Below, in pieces: positions 28,749 through 37,182 of a stretch of 64,000 bases of DNA. The stretch comes from Ignavibacteriota bacterium. Its GTDB lineage: Bacteria; Bacteroidota; Ignavibacteria; Palsa-1295. The notes below the pieces were generated by a model, which was not told the origin of the DNA, ran no database searches, and saw nothing but the letters and a program-made list of their open reading frames with translations. How positions within the stretch are numbered: the stretch's first letter is position 1; each line of letters opens with the position of its first letter. The position numbers and the translations under genes are program-made. The DNA lies in the NCBI GenBank assembly GCA_963787835.1, contig CAWBEI010000002.1, positions 1,632,001 through 1,696,000 on the forward strand, written 5' to 3'.

Positions 28749-28832
28749 GACAGCAAAGGCTCCTTAAAAGGCTCGCCGTAACGCTGGTGAAGTATTGAAA
28801 GAATCCCTCTGCGAAATTTCTCGCATGGGAGC

Positions 28833-28858
28833 CACGCGGGACGCATGCGTCCCGCGTG
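28833..28858. repeat. Perfect 26-bp palindrome just downstream of the 28869 stop
   Basis: CACGCGGGACGCATGCGTCCCGCGTG. Confidence 0.8.
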
Positions 28859-28868
28859 AAATCGCACA

Positions 28869-30779
28869 CTATCGAAGGATCGTCATGGCTTCGCGAACCA
28901 CTCCGAGATCCGATTCAAGATTGAGGTAATACACCCCATCGGGCAGATGGGAACCATCAAAGGTGAAATCGTGCTCGCCGGCTCCAGCCGTGCCATCATA
29001 CAGGCTTGCAACGCGCTGACCGGTGATGTTCGTAACAAACAACGCCGCATGTGCCGATGAGGCGAGCGTAAAGGAAACCTTCGTGGTTGTGCTGAAGGGG
29101 TTGGGATAATTGTCCGTAAGTGACACCCCTTCGCTCACACTCGAAATGCGCTGAACAGATGCAAGCGGGCTCCCAGAAAGGATCGCAGAATACACACGAA
29201 TTTTACCTGTGTTATCGCGTCCGTCCGACCAAACAGGAATAACATTATAGGGTGTGGTAAGGACTTGTGTGTATTCACCGATTCCGAAGTTCCCGTTCTG
29301 TAGGAACACATCGTTAAAGTCCATGGGTTGGCTGGCTACCGGCTCGTTTGTCCAGGTCTGCCCTTGGTCGGACGATTGCCCAATATAATAGCGGCCGATC
29401 TCATTATTGATATCTTCGCGACGGTCATACCAGGTTAGCGAAATGATGCCTTTCCCATTCACAGCGATGCTCGGGTAAAAATGGTCGGTATAGCCGAATA
29501 AGGTATCGAGATCGTTATTAATGATCATCGGCTGGCTCCAGTTTGCGCCATTATCCACCGATCGGCTGAAGTAAATTTCCGTTCCCATTTGGCTGTCCAC
29601 TTCAACTCCCAGCGCATTCCACACCTCGTAGAGATATCCGGTGCCTGCGGTATCGATCGAGAGGTGCGGGTCGGGATAATTCCCTGGCGCGCGAACACCG
29701 AATATCACATCGCCATTGGCGATCGCGTCTGCAGACTTTCCGGGAATGTCTGCATCGGCGATCTTTACCTCTGGGCCAAAATGTGCTCCGCCGTCGGAGG
29801 AATAAACGGTATAAATTCCGTAATCGGAGTCATTATACGACCCCATGAACGTCACATGCAATCCTCCTTTTTTATCGACCCCCAAATCGGAGAATTGCAC
29901 CACCATAAATTTATCGGAAGACGCTTTTACGGGCGGCAGCATGGAGTCTACACCGGCCGGCTTACGCGAGACGAGGATGTTGCTGGATGTCGTTCCAAGA
30001 TACGTCCACGCGGCATAGAGCGAATTACGATATTGGGAGTTCGATCTGTCACAGGCCATCCATTGCTTGTCGTTAAATCCGGTAGTCGAGTCGAGATGTT
30101 CCGCCGTTACTGTGAACGTAACGGTATCGATGAAATAGGCGATGGTCTCGATGCCTTTGCCTATGTAGCCGGTAGTAGGACGGGTCCAGGTTTGTCCGCC
30201 GTTGGTGGAGGAAGCCCAGTACGTTCCGCTATAATCGGATTCGATCGTCCAGCCTGCGGAGTCCGTGGGTTGACCGACGTTATAGGTGTCGATCCAGGAA
30301 ACATAAACCGTTCCATTCGCGTCATAAGCAAAGACGGGATCGCCGCCCCCATCTACCGCGGCACCTGATTCGTAGGGCAGAGGCTGATATGTACTCTTTT
30401 TCCAGACACTGCCGAAGTTCGTGGTGTAGTAGATCGGCAACGTCATTCCATCGTAAAGATGAATGGGGCAGACTACGATGTTCGTTGTGTCTGTGGGGTT
30501 GATCGCAGCATGAACTTCGGATTCCGGTTCGCTTGTACCGGCGGTGCTGATCGGTTTATCTCCAACCGAGAGCGGAAGTTCAAAATCCTGGCTCTCCGAT
30601 CCAATGCTTTTCATGGCGGGAGAGCCCACCTCTACATGGCGCTTTTCGGCGTAGGCGTCCATGATCTGTTTGAGATGGAAGGCGCGGAGTTCCTCTGCGC
30701 TTTTCGAGGTGGTTTGGCTTCGCAACGTGCCGAAGCTGATAAGAAGTAAGCACGAAAGCAGTGTAATGTATTTCAACAT
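28869..30779 (-). CDS. T9SS cargo, sialidase-like/BNR beta-propeller
   Basis: 'STNGGQTW', 'SSDGGAHF', 'SVDNGANW', 'DKQWM', 'GEY'. CTD 'NYPNPF...LPDGVYYL'. Confidence 0.82.
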   Translation of the reverse strand: MLKYITLLSCLLLISFGTLRSQTTSKSAEELRAFHLKQIMDAYAEKRHVEVGSPAMKSIGSESQDFELPLSVGDKPISTAGTSEPESEVHAAINPTDTTNIVVCPIHLYDGMTLPIYYTTNFGSVWKKSTYQPLPYESGAAVDGGGDPVFAYDANGTVYVSWIDTYNVGQPTDSAGWTIESDYSGTYWASSTNGGQTWTRPTTGYIGKGIETIAYFIDTVTFTVTAEHLDSTTGFNDKQWMACDRSNSQYRNSLYAAWTYLGTTSSNILVSRKPAGVDSMLPPVKASSDKFMVVQFSDLGVDKKGGLHVTFMGSYNDSDYGIYTVYSSDGGAHFGPEVKIADADIPGKSADAIANGDVIFGVRAPGNYPDPHLSIDTAGTGYLYEVWNALGVEVDSQMGTEIYFSRSVDNGANWSQPMIINNDLDTLFGYTDHFYPSIAVNGKGIISLTWYDRREDINNEIGRYYIGQSSDQGQTWTNEPVASQPMDFNDVFLQNGNFGIGEYTQVLTTPYNVIPVWSDGRDNTGKIRVYSAILSGSPLASVQRISSVSEGVSLTDNYPNPFSTTTKVSFTLASSAHAALFVTNITGQRVASLYDGTAGAGEHDFTFDGSHLPDGVYYLNLESDLGVVREAMTILR

Positions 30780-30828
30780 AGCGAGTCCGATCTAAGCACT
30801 AATACAAGCGTTGGGGTCATCCGGATCA

Positions 30829-32391
30829 TCATGGTTTTGTCATCCGGTGTTTCATAAGAAGAATCTCATCTATCATACCCGAAGAATCGTAATAAAGTTC
30901 ATCCTTTTTGGCAAGGATGGCAATGTCCTCGATGAAAGGTTTATCATCGGCGATGTAGGTGAAATGCTCATCCCGTAAATAACCGGCAAGCCGGCCTTGC
31001 TGATGTGCCAGAAGCGCATCCGTATTCACCTTTCCATCGAGATTGATGATGTTCGGAGCAATGAAGCTCGCAATGCCAGATTGCAGCATGGCGATCTTTT
31101 CCCCGGGGTGCTGTTTGGCCCAAATACCCATCTCATAGAAACCCGCAGGCTTCTCGTCGGAAAAATAATAAAGAACGGTGTATCCCCGGATGGTGAAGAC
31201 AAGGCCAAGTATCGCAATACCAATGAGAACCGGGCGAACGATTCTTCTCTCCCATAGCACCGATGCCAAAGCAGCAAGTATTAGGGACCAAAGGATTCGC
31301 GCCGGCTGAAGATACCGTGCAATAAAATGCGGCGCCTTAAAAAGGACGGTATAGTACAGAATGAGCGCAATCGAAAAGAGGAGAAACGGGAGCAAGCCGT
31401 TCAATCGGAACGATGAGCGTATGGTGCTGACGATCGTTGTTCGATACCAGATGAATGCGATCGCGAAAATGAGTAGTATCGTCCACAGCACGAGCGCGGT
31501 AAGACCGATACTTCCCGGCAGATAAAAGATCAACATCAGAATATCTGAAATTGCTTTTATAGCCTGGTGAATGTTCCCCCATGGAGGGAGTGGCCAGCTA
31601 TTTTCGGCCTGCCCGCTGGTTGGCATCAGGCTGCCAAAATAGATCACATTAAAGATCCACCATGGGGCACTTACTAACATTGCAACACACCCTGTGATCA
31701 TAGCAGGCCTCCAGCGCTTTTGCCAAAGAAGCGTCAGAACGATAATTGCGACCAGGATGGCCGCATCGATCCGGGCGAGCACCGCAAGGCCAAGCACAAT
31801 GCCAAATACGACCCATCGTGTAGTGGGAATTATGTGCTTGCTTGCTTCATCCCTACCGATCTTCACGTACATCGTAATTGCTGCTATAAGAATGAGCGAG
31901 TACAATCCCGTCTCAAGCCCATTCGTCATTTGCCCGATGATCTCAAAAGTGAAGGTCCAGATCGCGGCTGCGATGATCGGGGCAGTGATGCCATTCTTTT
32001 GAGGGATACGTTCCAAAGCTCTCATGAGCAGAGCGACAGCCCATACCGTCAACATAGCGATTACGCCATTCAAGATAAAGGTCCAGCGAACGGCAAGCCA
32101 AGCGTTCCCATGACCGATCATGGGAGACCCGGTCAGCCAGAAGATCGGTGTATAGAAGAGAAGAATGAGCGGCTGGAAGCCATTTGTAAGATGGATTCCA
32201 TCGACCGATGGGCCGTGACCTGCAGCAACATTTCTCGCGATCGAAAAGAGATAGTACGCGTCATCGCCATAGGGAGGGCCGGCGAGCGCTCGTTCCGGCC
32301 GGAACGCCAGAGGGACACGGAGCGCGAAGGCAACGCACGAAAGAACCGCAACGGTATATTTTTCCTTCCGGCTAAGCAATGAATTGCACAT
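30829..32391 (-). CDS. GT-C-like polytopic membrane glycosyltransferase
   Basis: 'DDAYYLFSIARN...G.GPS.DG...TNGFQPL', 'NGLETGL', 'LARID'. Confidence 0.78.
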   Translation of the reverse strand: MCNSLLSRKEKYTVAVLSCVAFALRVPLAFRPERALAGPPYGDDAYYLFSIARNVAAGHGPSVDGIHLTNGFQPLILLFYTPIFWLTGSPMIGHGNAWLAVRWTFILNGVIAMLTVWAVALLMRALERIPQKNGITAPIIAAAIWTFTFEIIGQMTNGLETGLYSLILIAAITMYVKIGRDEASKHIIPTTRWVVFGIVLGLAVLARIDAAILVAIIVLTLLWQKRWRPAMITGCVAMLVSAPWWIFNVIYFGSLMPTSGQAENSWPLPPWGNIHQAIKAISDILMLIFYLPGSIGLTALVLWTILLIFAIAFIWYRTTIVSTIRSSFRLNGLLPFLLFSIALILYYTVLFKAPHFIARYLQPARILWSLILAALASVLWERRIVRPVLIGIAILGLVFTIRGYTVLYYFSDEKPAGFYEMGIWAKQHPGEKIAMLQSGIASFIAPNIINLDGKVNTDALLAHQQGRLAGYLRDEHFTYIADDKPFIEDIAILAKKDELYYDSSGMIDEILLMKHRMTKP

Positions 32392-32463
32392 GGATGGGAT
32401 TTAACGCAAAAGCGGGATAATCATTCGAGTGGAACCGCATTTTTGGTGGATTGTTCAGATTTC

Positions 32464-33990
32464 ATGCGAAGTGTTCTTGGAATTATTATAGTTACGCTGC
32501 TTTCGATGCAAGGTACTGCGAATGGGCAGTTTCACGAAGAGCCTATCTCTACGAATGTGCCACATGAAACCATTCCTCTCGATAGCCTCATTCACTATCC
32601 GGAGGCAGCCTTACATGATCGAATTGAGGGCAAGGTGGAGCTACAGGCTACGGTGGAAAGGGACGGCTCTGTCAGCGAAGTCACGATCGAACATTCTTCA
32701 GACCCCATTTTCAACGCGGAGGCGATTCGTGTGGTAATCGTTTCCCATTTTGAATATCCCCTTTCGGAGGAATCGCCACGGGTTTCCTTCCTGATCGGTC
32801 GAACCATCACTTTCGATCTGAATAATAAGCGGAGCCTTATCACTACTTCGCGTTACTCTACCGAATGCCGTTTTTTGGTAGTGGATAGATGGACGAAGGC
32901 GCGTGGGTTGATCTGCGAAGACAGCGAATTTCAAAACCATGCTATGTTCAATCCCGTCGATTTTTACCCGCATGAGACCGTTCCGCTCGATAGCTCTATT
33001 CACTACCCGGAAGAAGCCGTGAAGAATCGAATCGAGGGTTCCGTAGATGTAGCGGCGGTGATACGTTCGGATGGTTCTGTTAGTGGAGTCAAGATAGAAA
33101 GGTCCTCGAACCCTGTTTTCAACACGGAAGCAATTAGGGTAATGATAACAACCAAGTTCGAGCACGACCCGAAGAACAAGTCGGCTCTTGTTTCCATGCT
33201 GATCGGGCGAACGATAACGTTCGATCTTAATAATAAGCGCAGCATTCTGACGCTGTCGCACGTTGAAGATGAATACAGCATGTTGGTCCTGGACGGATGG
33301 TCAAAGAAGAAGGGCCTAATTTATGATGACAGCAAGGTTCGATACATTTCCGATGCGAATCCCAGTGATTTTGAATCTCATGAGATCATCCCTCTCGATA
33401 GCCTAATTAGGTATCCGAAAAAAGCAAGAAAAAAGCGAATAGAAGGGGATGTGATAGTTCAAGCGCTCGTTGACAAGGATGATGGTTCTGTTAGTAAAGT
33501 CGAAATTTTTAAGTCTGATGATTCACTACTAAATGAAGAAGCAATTCGAGTAATAAAGGCAGCAATTTTCAGCCCATCATCAGGGAATGGGTGGGAGTTG
33601 AGAACTTTACATTTTCGGTTGAAAGCTAATCCGAATGCCTACAAGACGGCATCCCCCATAAAATACGAGGACGGATATAGCCAATTTGCTGCTGGCGGAG
33701 GTGAGCCAAACGAGCTTATCCCACTCGAAAAACTAATTCACTACCCCGAAGTAGCTCGAAAAAATGGGATCGAAGGGAAGGTGACACTTCAAATGCTCAT
33801 TAATAAGGACGGTTCTGTGGGTAAGGTCGAGCTTCTTAAAACAACAGATTCCGTTTTCAATGAAGAGGCAATTCGTGCAATGAAATCGGCGCACTTCACC
33901 CCGGCGATGCAGAATGGTACCCCGCTAAAAATTTGGATTACACGCACGATCAATTTTAGGTTAAAGGATATACCAAAGCCCCAAGAATAA
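32464..33990 (+). CDS. Secreted protein with four tandem TonB C-terminal domains
   Basis: Four 'YPE.A....IEG.V.....I..DGSV..V.I..S....FN.EAIR' units. Signal peptide from ATG 32464. Confidence 0.88.
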   Translation: MRSVLGIIIVTLLSMQGTANGQFHEEPISTNVPHETIPLDSLIHYPEAALHDRIEGKVELQATVERDGSVSEVTIEHSSDPIFNAEAIRVVIVSHFEYPLSEESPRVSFLIGRTITFDLNNKRSLITTSRYSTECRFLVVDRWTKARGLICEDSEFQNHAMFNPVDFYPHETVPLDSSIHYPEEAVKNRIEGSVDVAAVIRSDGSVSGVKIERSSNPVFNTEAIRVMITTKFEHDPKNKSALVSMLIGRTITFDLNNKRSILTLSHVEDEYSMLVLDGWSKKKGLIYDDSKVRYISDANPSDFESHEIIPLDSLIRYPKKARKKRIEGDVIVQALVDKDDGSVSKVEIFKSDDSLLNEEAIRVIKAAIFSPSSGNGWELRTLHFRLKANPNAYKTASPIKYEDGYSQFAAGGGEPNELIPLEKLIHYPEVARKNGIEGKVTLQMLINKDGSVGKVELLKTTDSVFNEEAIRAMKSAHFTPAMQNGTPLKIWITRTINFRLKDIPKPQE

Positions 33991-34129
33991 ATCCTAAGGA
34001 AAGCTACCCGATAGGAAATCAATTATAATGAAATCGAGAATCTTTGCGATTCAGAGATCATATTTCCCTGAAATTTTTTCCAAATACCCGGAACTCCTTG
34101 GCGCGTGATGTGATTTATTAGTATAGCTT

Positions 34130-34580
34130 GGGGGATTGCGGGTCAAAATTGCTAATGACGACCGCACCGATTCCTAAAGTCCGTTCGATCGGGTACGTAT
34201 AAAGCGATTATAGAGCGCGGCCAGCATAGTGGCGCTCAGAGTGGGGACCGGCACAGGCAACACTCCCAGACGAACACTCACCATCGGTAACCAGAGTCTT
34301 TTACTCTCAAAGTAACGATCAAGAACTCAAGGTAGCGATTAAGAGGATTGTGGATAAGCCCGTATGATCGATCATAACATGCTTGCCTGAAATCAGCAAG
34401 CTCTTGAAACTCGGATCGACAGTTAGCTCGGGAGGTCGAGATTCATTGCGGGATCTCCTCTACTCCTGCTTCGTAAAAATTTACTTCATCGTCACCGGAT
34501 GGTTAGCCTTAGAGAAACCCTCGAAGGTCATTCGGATTCGACACGAAAGAAACCGATAGGTGGCTTTCGGATTCCCTTTT
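34130..34580 (+). ncRNA. Putative large structured non-coding RNA of unknown class (~450 nt)
   Basis: No ORF in the track; about 10 local hairpins; long-range pairings; promoter-like TTGGCG (34098) and TATAGC (34122) upstream. Folded by eye only. Confidence 0.55.
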
Positions 34581-34644
34581 AAGAACCGTTCACATCCACC
34601 CCAATGGATTCAAACGATAGAACAATCGAACATAATATCACACC

Positions 34645-36684
34645 ATGATCACAATTATTGGCGGAGGCTTTTCCGGCCTTTCCGCAGCCTATTTTCTTCA
34701 CCGCGCCGGCAAAGAGGTTACCCTCCTCGAATGGTCCCGCAGTCTCGGCGGCCGTGCCTCCACTCGTAATGTCGGTTACCGGACGATGGATTCCGGCGCC
34801 CAGAGGATCGATCTTTCCCCGCTGGCATCCAATCAACTTGAAACGAATGCCCGAGCATTACTTCGCGCCGTGGCGATCGAGCGCGGCGTGCTTCAACACG
34901 CATTGCCATTTCCACCACCGGTGTTCCGGTTCGATGGTCGCTCCATCCAGACGGCACATGAGGTAGAAGTGCCGAACTGGTCCTATCTCGAAGGCGGCAT
35001 GAAAGTGCTTGCCGATGCTCTTGTCAAAGATGTTCCGGTGCGCACCCATACGCGCATCAGCGATATTGTTATTGAAAAGGATAAGTATCAGCTTCGCAAT
35101 CAGCGCGGCGAGATGACGCCCTCCGACGGAGTGGTGATCGCACTGCCTGCGCCCTATGCGCTGGCGATGCTGCTTCCACATGCCGAAAAGAATAAGAAGA
35201 TCAAGCGAATCACCGATCTTTTTAACGATGTGAATTACGAGCCGATGATCGGCGCAATGTTCGGCACGACGCGCATCGATTTTCGTGAGCCATTCACTTC
35301 TCTTTTCACGGATGATGTGACCGCTCCGATCTTCTGGCTTTCGCAGGAAAGCCGCCGGCGTCCGCTTGGCGTTCGCCAGGATGAAATGGCGTTCGTGCTC
35401 CAGCTTGGCGCGGAGATCAGCCGCGATTACGTACTGAAATCGGATAAGGAAACCTTCATTGCCGTCGAGCGGGTGTTCGAAGAAGTGCTCGATGTCGCGC
35501 TTCCGGATATTGTGTATGGAGAGATCCAGCGGTGGCCGGCTGCATTCCTTTCGTCATCGCCGTTTACGGTCGATACGATCAAAGAGGGCGAGTTCAAGGT
35601 GCCGCTTTATCTTGCCGGCGATTATATTGCCGGACAAAGTTCCATGGCATCCGCATTCTGGAGCGGCAAGCAGATCGCCGACCGTTTAGCGGGCGTCGAT
35701 ACCTTCCAGTTCATCGAGAATCCAGCGCGCGAGCAAGCGCGGCTCAATGAGGAGGACTGGAAAGCCGTCGTTCCGCCGATGCGGCTTCCGCGCAAATCCG
35801 TGCGGCCCATTCGCAAGCATGCCGATAAGAAGTACGATGCCGAAAAGGGCAAGCGGGTATTCGTCCCTCGCGAGAAAAGGGAGAAAAAGAAATTCGAAGG
35901 CCGACCGTACGGCTCACGTCCCCAGGGGCGTTCGCAAGGCCAGCGGAGGGGCGGCCCACCCCGGCGCGGTCCGGGAGGGCCACCACGTCAGGGCGGATGG
36001 CAGCAAGGCCCGCGCCAGCAATCGAGCAGGCCGCGTCAGGGTGGTCAGGGAGGCTACGCGCCACGCGGTCCGCGACAATATGGTGGAGGCGGACAGCGAG
36101 AAGGCGGTTATGCGCCACGCGGCCCACGACAATATGGAGACCAGGGCCCACGCCAGTATGGTGAACAGGGACAAGGTCGCAGTTATGGTCAGCGCTCCGG
36201 CGGAGGCGGTCAAGGTTATGCGCCACGCGCTCCACGTCCGGCAGGACAAGATCGTCAGTGGGGTGGTGGCGGAGGTCAGGGACGCTCTTATGGTCAAGGC
36301 CAAGGCCAGCCACGGCAATATGGGCAAGGTGGTGGCCAAGGCCGTTCCTACGGTCAGGGCGGAGGACAGGGCCGCTCGTATGGCCAGGGGCAAGGCGGCG
36401 GATATAATCAGGGTCGCCCACAACGTCCGCGCCCGCAGGGAGAACGATCGAATTACAACGGCGGCGGATACCGTCAGCCTCGCGATAACGGTGCGCCTTC
36501 GCAAGGCCCGCGCCAATATGGCAGTCGCGGCGGTGGACAGCAGAGCGTGTATTCCACCAACGTTCGCCCACAACCACGCGGAGATCGCGGCGGCTATGAT
36601 CAGCAGCCCCGCACCAGCGGCTTCGAACCACCCATGCCGCGCCGTCCGCGCCGCCCGGAGGATGATTCGATCGGGAACCGATAG
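34645..36684 (+). CDS. Renalase-like FAD-dependent oxidoreductase fused to a long G/Q/R/Y/P low-complexity tail
   Basis: 'ITIIGGGFSGLSAA', 'LGGRASTR', 'DSGAQ', 'QRWP', 'LAGDY...AFWSG' in the first ~350 aa. Repeats GYAPRGPRQYG and GQGRSYGQ in the tail. Confidence 0.88.
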   Translation: MITIIGGGFSGLSAAYFLHRAGKEVTLLEWSRSLGGRASTRNVGYRTMDSGAQRIDLSPLASNQLETNARALLRAVAIERGVLQHALPFPPPVFRFDGRSIQTAHEVEVPNWSYLEGGMKVLADALVKDVPVRTHTRISDIVIEKDKYQLRNQRGEMTPSDGVVIALPAPYALAMLLPHAEKNKKIKRITDLFNDVNYEPMIGAMFGTTRIDFREPFTSLFTDDVTAPIFWLSQESRRRPLGVRQDEMAFVLQLGAEISRDYVLKSDKETFIAVERVFEEVLDVALPDIVYGEIQRWPAAFLSSSPFTVDTIKEGEFKVPLYLAGDYIAGQSSMASAFWSGKQIADRLAGVDTFQFIENPAREQARLNEEDWKAVVPPMRLPRKSVRPIRKHADKKYDAEKGKRVFVPREKREKKKFEGRPYGSRPQGRSQGQRRGGPPRRGPGGPPRQGGWQQGPRQQSSRPRQGGQGGYAPRGPRQYGGGGQREGGYAPRGPRQYGDQGPRQYGEQGQGRSYGQRSGGGGQGYAPRAPRPAGQDRQWGGGGGQGRSYGQGQGQPRQYGQGGGQGRSYGQGGGQGRSYGQGQGGGYNQGRPQRPRPQGERSNYNGGGYRQPRDNGAPSQGPRQYGSRGGGQQSVYSTNVRPQPRGDRGGYDQQPRTSGFEPPMPRRPRRPEDDSIGNR

Positions 36685-36700
36685 TAATTCGGAATTCGTG

Positions 36701-36728
36701 TGTACACCGGGTTAAAACCCGGTGTACA
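36701..36728. terminator. 13-bp inverted repeat after the oxidoreductase stop
   Basis: TGTACACCGGGTT-AA-AACCCGGTGTACA. Confidence 0.65.
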
Positions 36729-36754
36729 TCTTGGGATCTGTGCAGAGGTAGCGA

Positions 36755-36976
36755 TTAGTGTTTCGCTTTGGCCTGAAGGGCTTTATACGCCTTCAGAAAT
36801 TTGCTAAAGAACTTATGATCCTCCGGCGTTGCATCGCTCGAAATCAAAACGTCAATTTCATCCAGTTTTTTGTAGTCGGGGATTGTATTATTTGCTTGTC
36901 TGGATTTTCCCGTTATCAAAAATTCCCGAAAAATCTTCCGTTCTTCCGAATTCCAGGAATCATCGAGCACGTCCAT
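36755..36976 (-). CDS. Small hypothetical protein or gene remnant
   Basis: 73-aa AT-rich ORF with protein-like composition; no motif recognised. Confidence 0.4.
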   Translation of the reverse strand: MDVLDDSWNSEERKIFREFLITGKSRQANNTIPDYKKLDEIDVLISSDATPEDHKFFSKFLKAYKALQAKAKH

Positions 36977-37005
36977 ATCATTTTCGTCAACGTTCTTTGA
37001 ATTCG

Positions 37006-37105
37006 GTCATCCCCATTAGAACATTTGAATATCGGAGAAGCTTCCAGAGATCCTTCGACTTCGCAAAACTCCGCTATCGCTTCGTTTTGCTCCGCTCAGG
37101 ATGAC
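37006..37105. repeat. Degenerate GTCATCC...GGATGAC palindromic element
   Basis: Right arm GAGATCCTTCGACT...CGCTCAGGATGAC. Left arm reduced to GTCATCC. Confidence 0.6.
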
Positions 37106-37182
37106 AGGTTGAGATAACTTTCGCATTCCAATTCCCCATCCCATTCATCTCAAGAATCCCATAAATCCCGGTTCAGACAATC

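Noticed and set aside
34349-34357. Perfect DnaA box (TGTGGATAA) as evidence for oriC
   Set aside because: Only one perfect box seen, with no box cluster and no dnaA or dnaN nearby.
34130-34580. tmRNA or RNase P assignment
   Set aside because: GGATTCGAC and AAAGTCCG occur, but there is no tRNA-like acceptor/T-arm with CCA and no GAGGAAAGTCC or other RNase P conserved regions. Left unassigned.
35744-36715. Long alternative-frame ORFs (35747..36715 +, 35744..36631 -, 35914..36573 -)
   Set aside because: By-products of the GC-rich repetitive tail of the oxidoreductase; no independent motifs.
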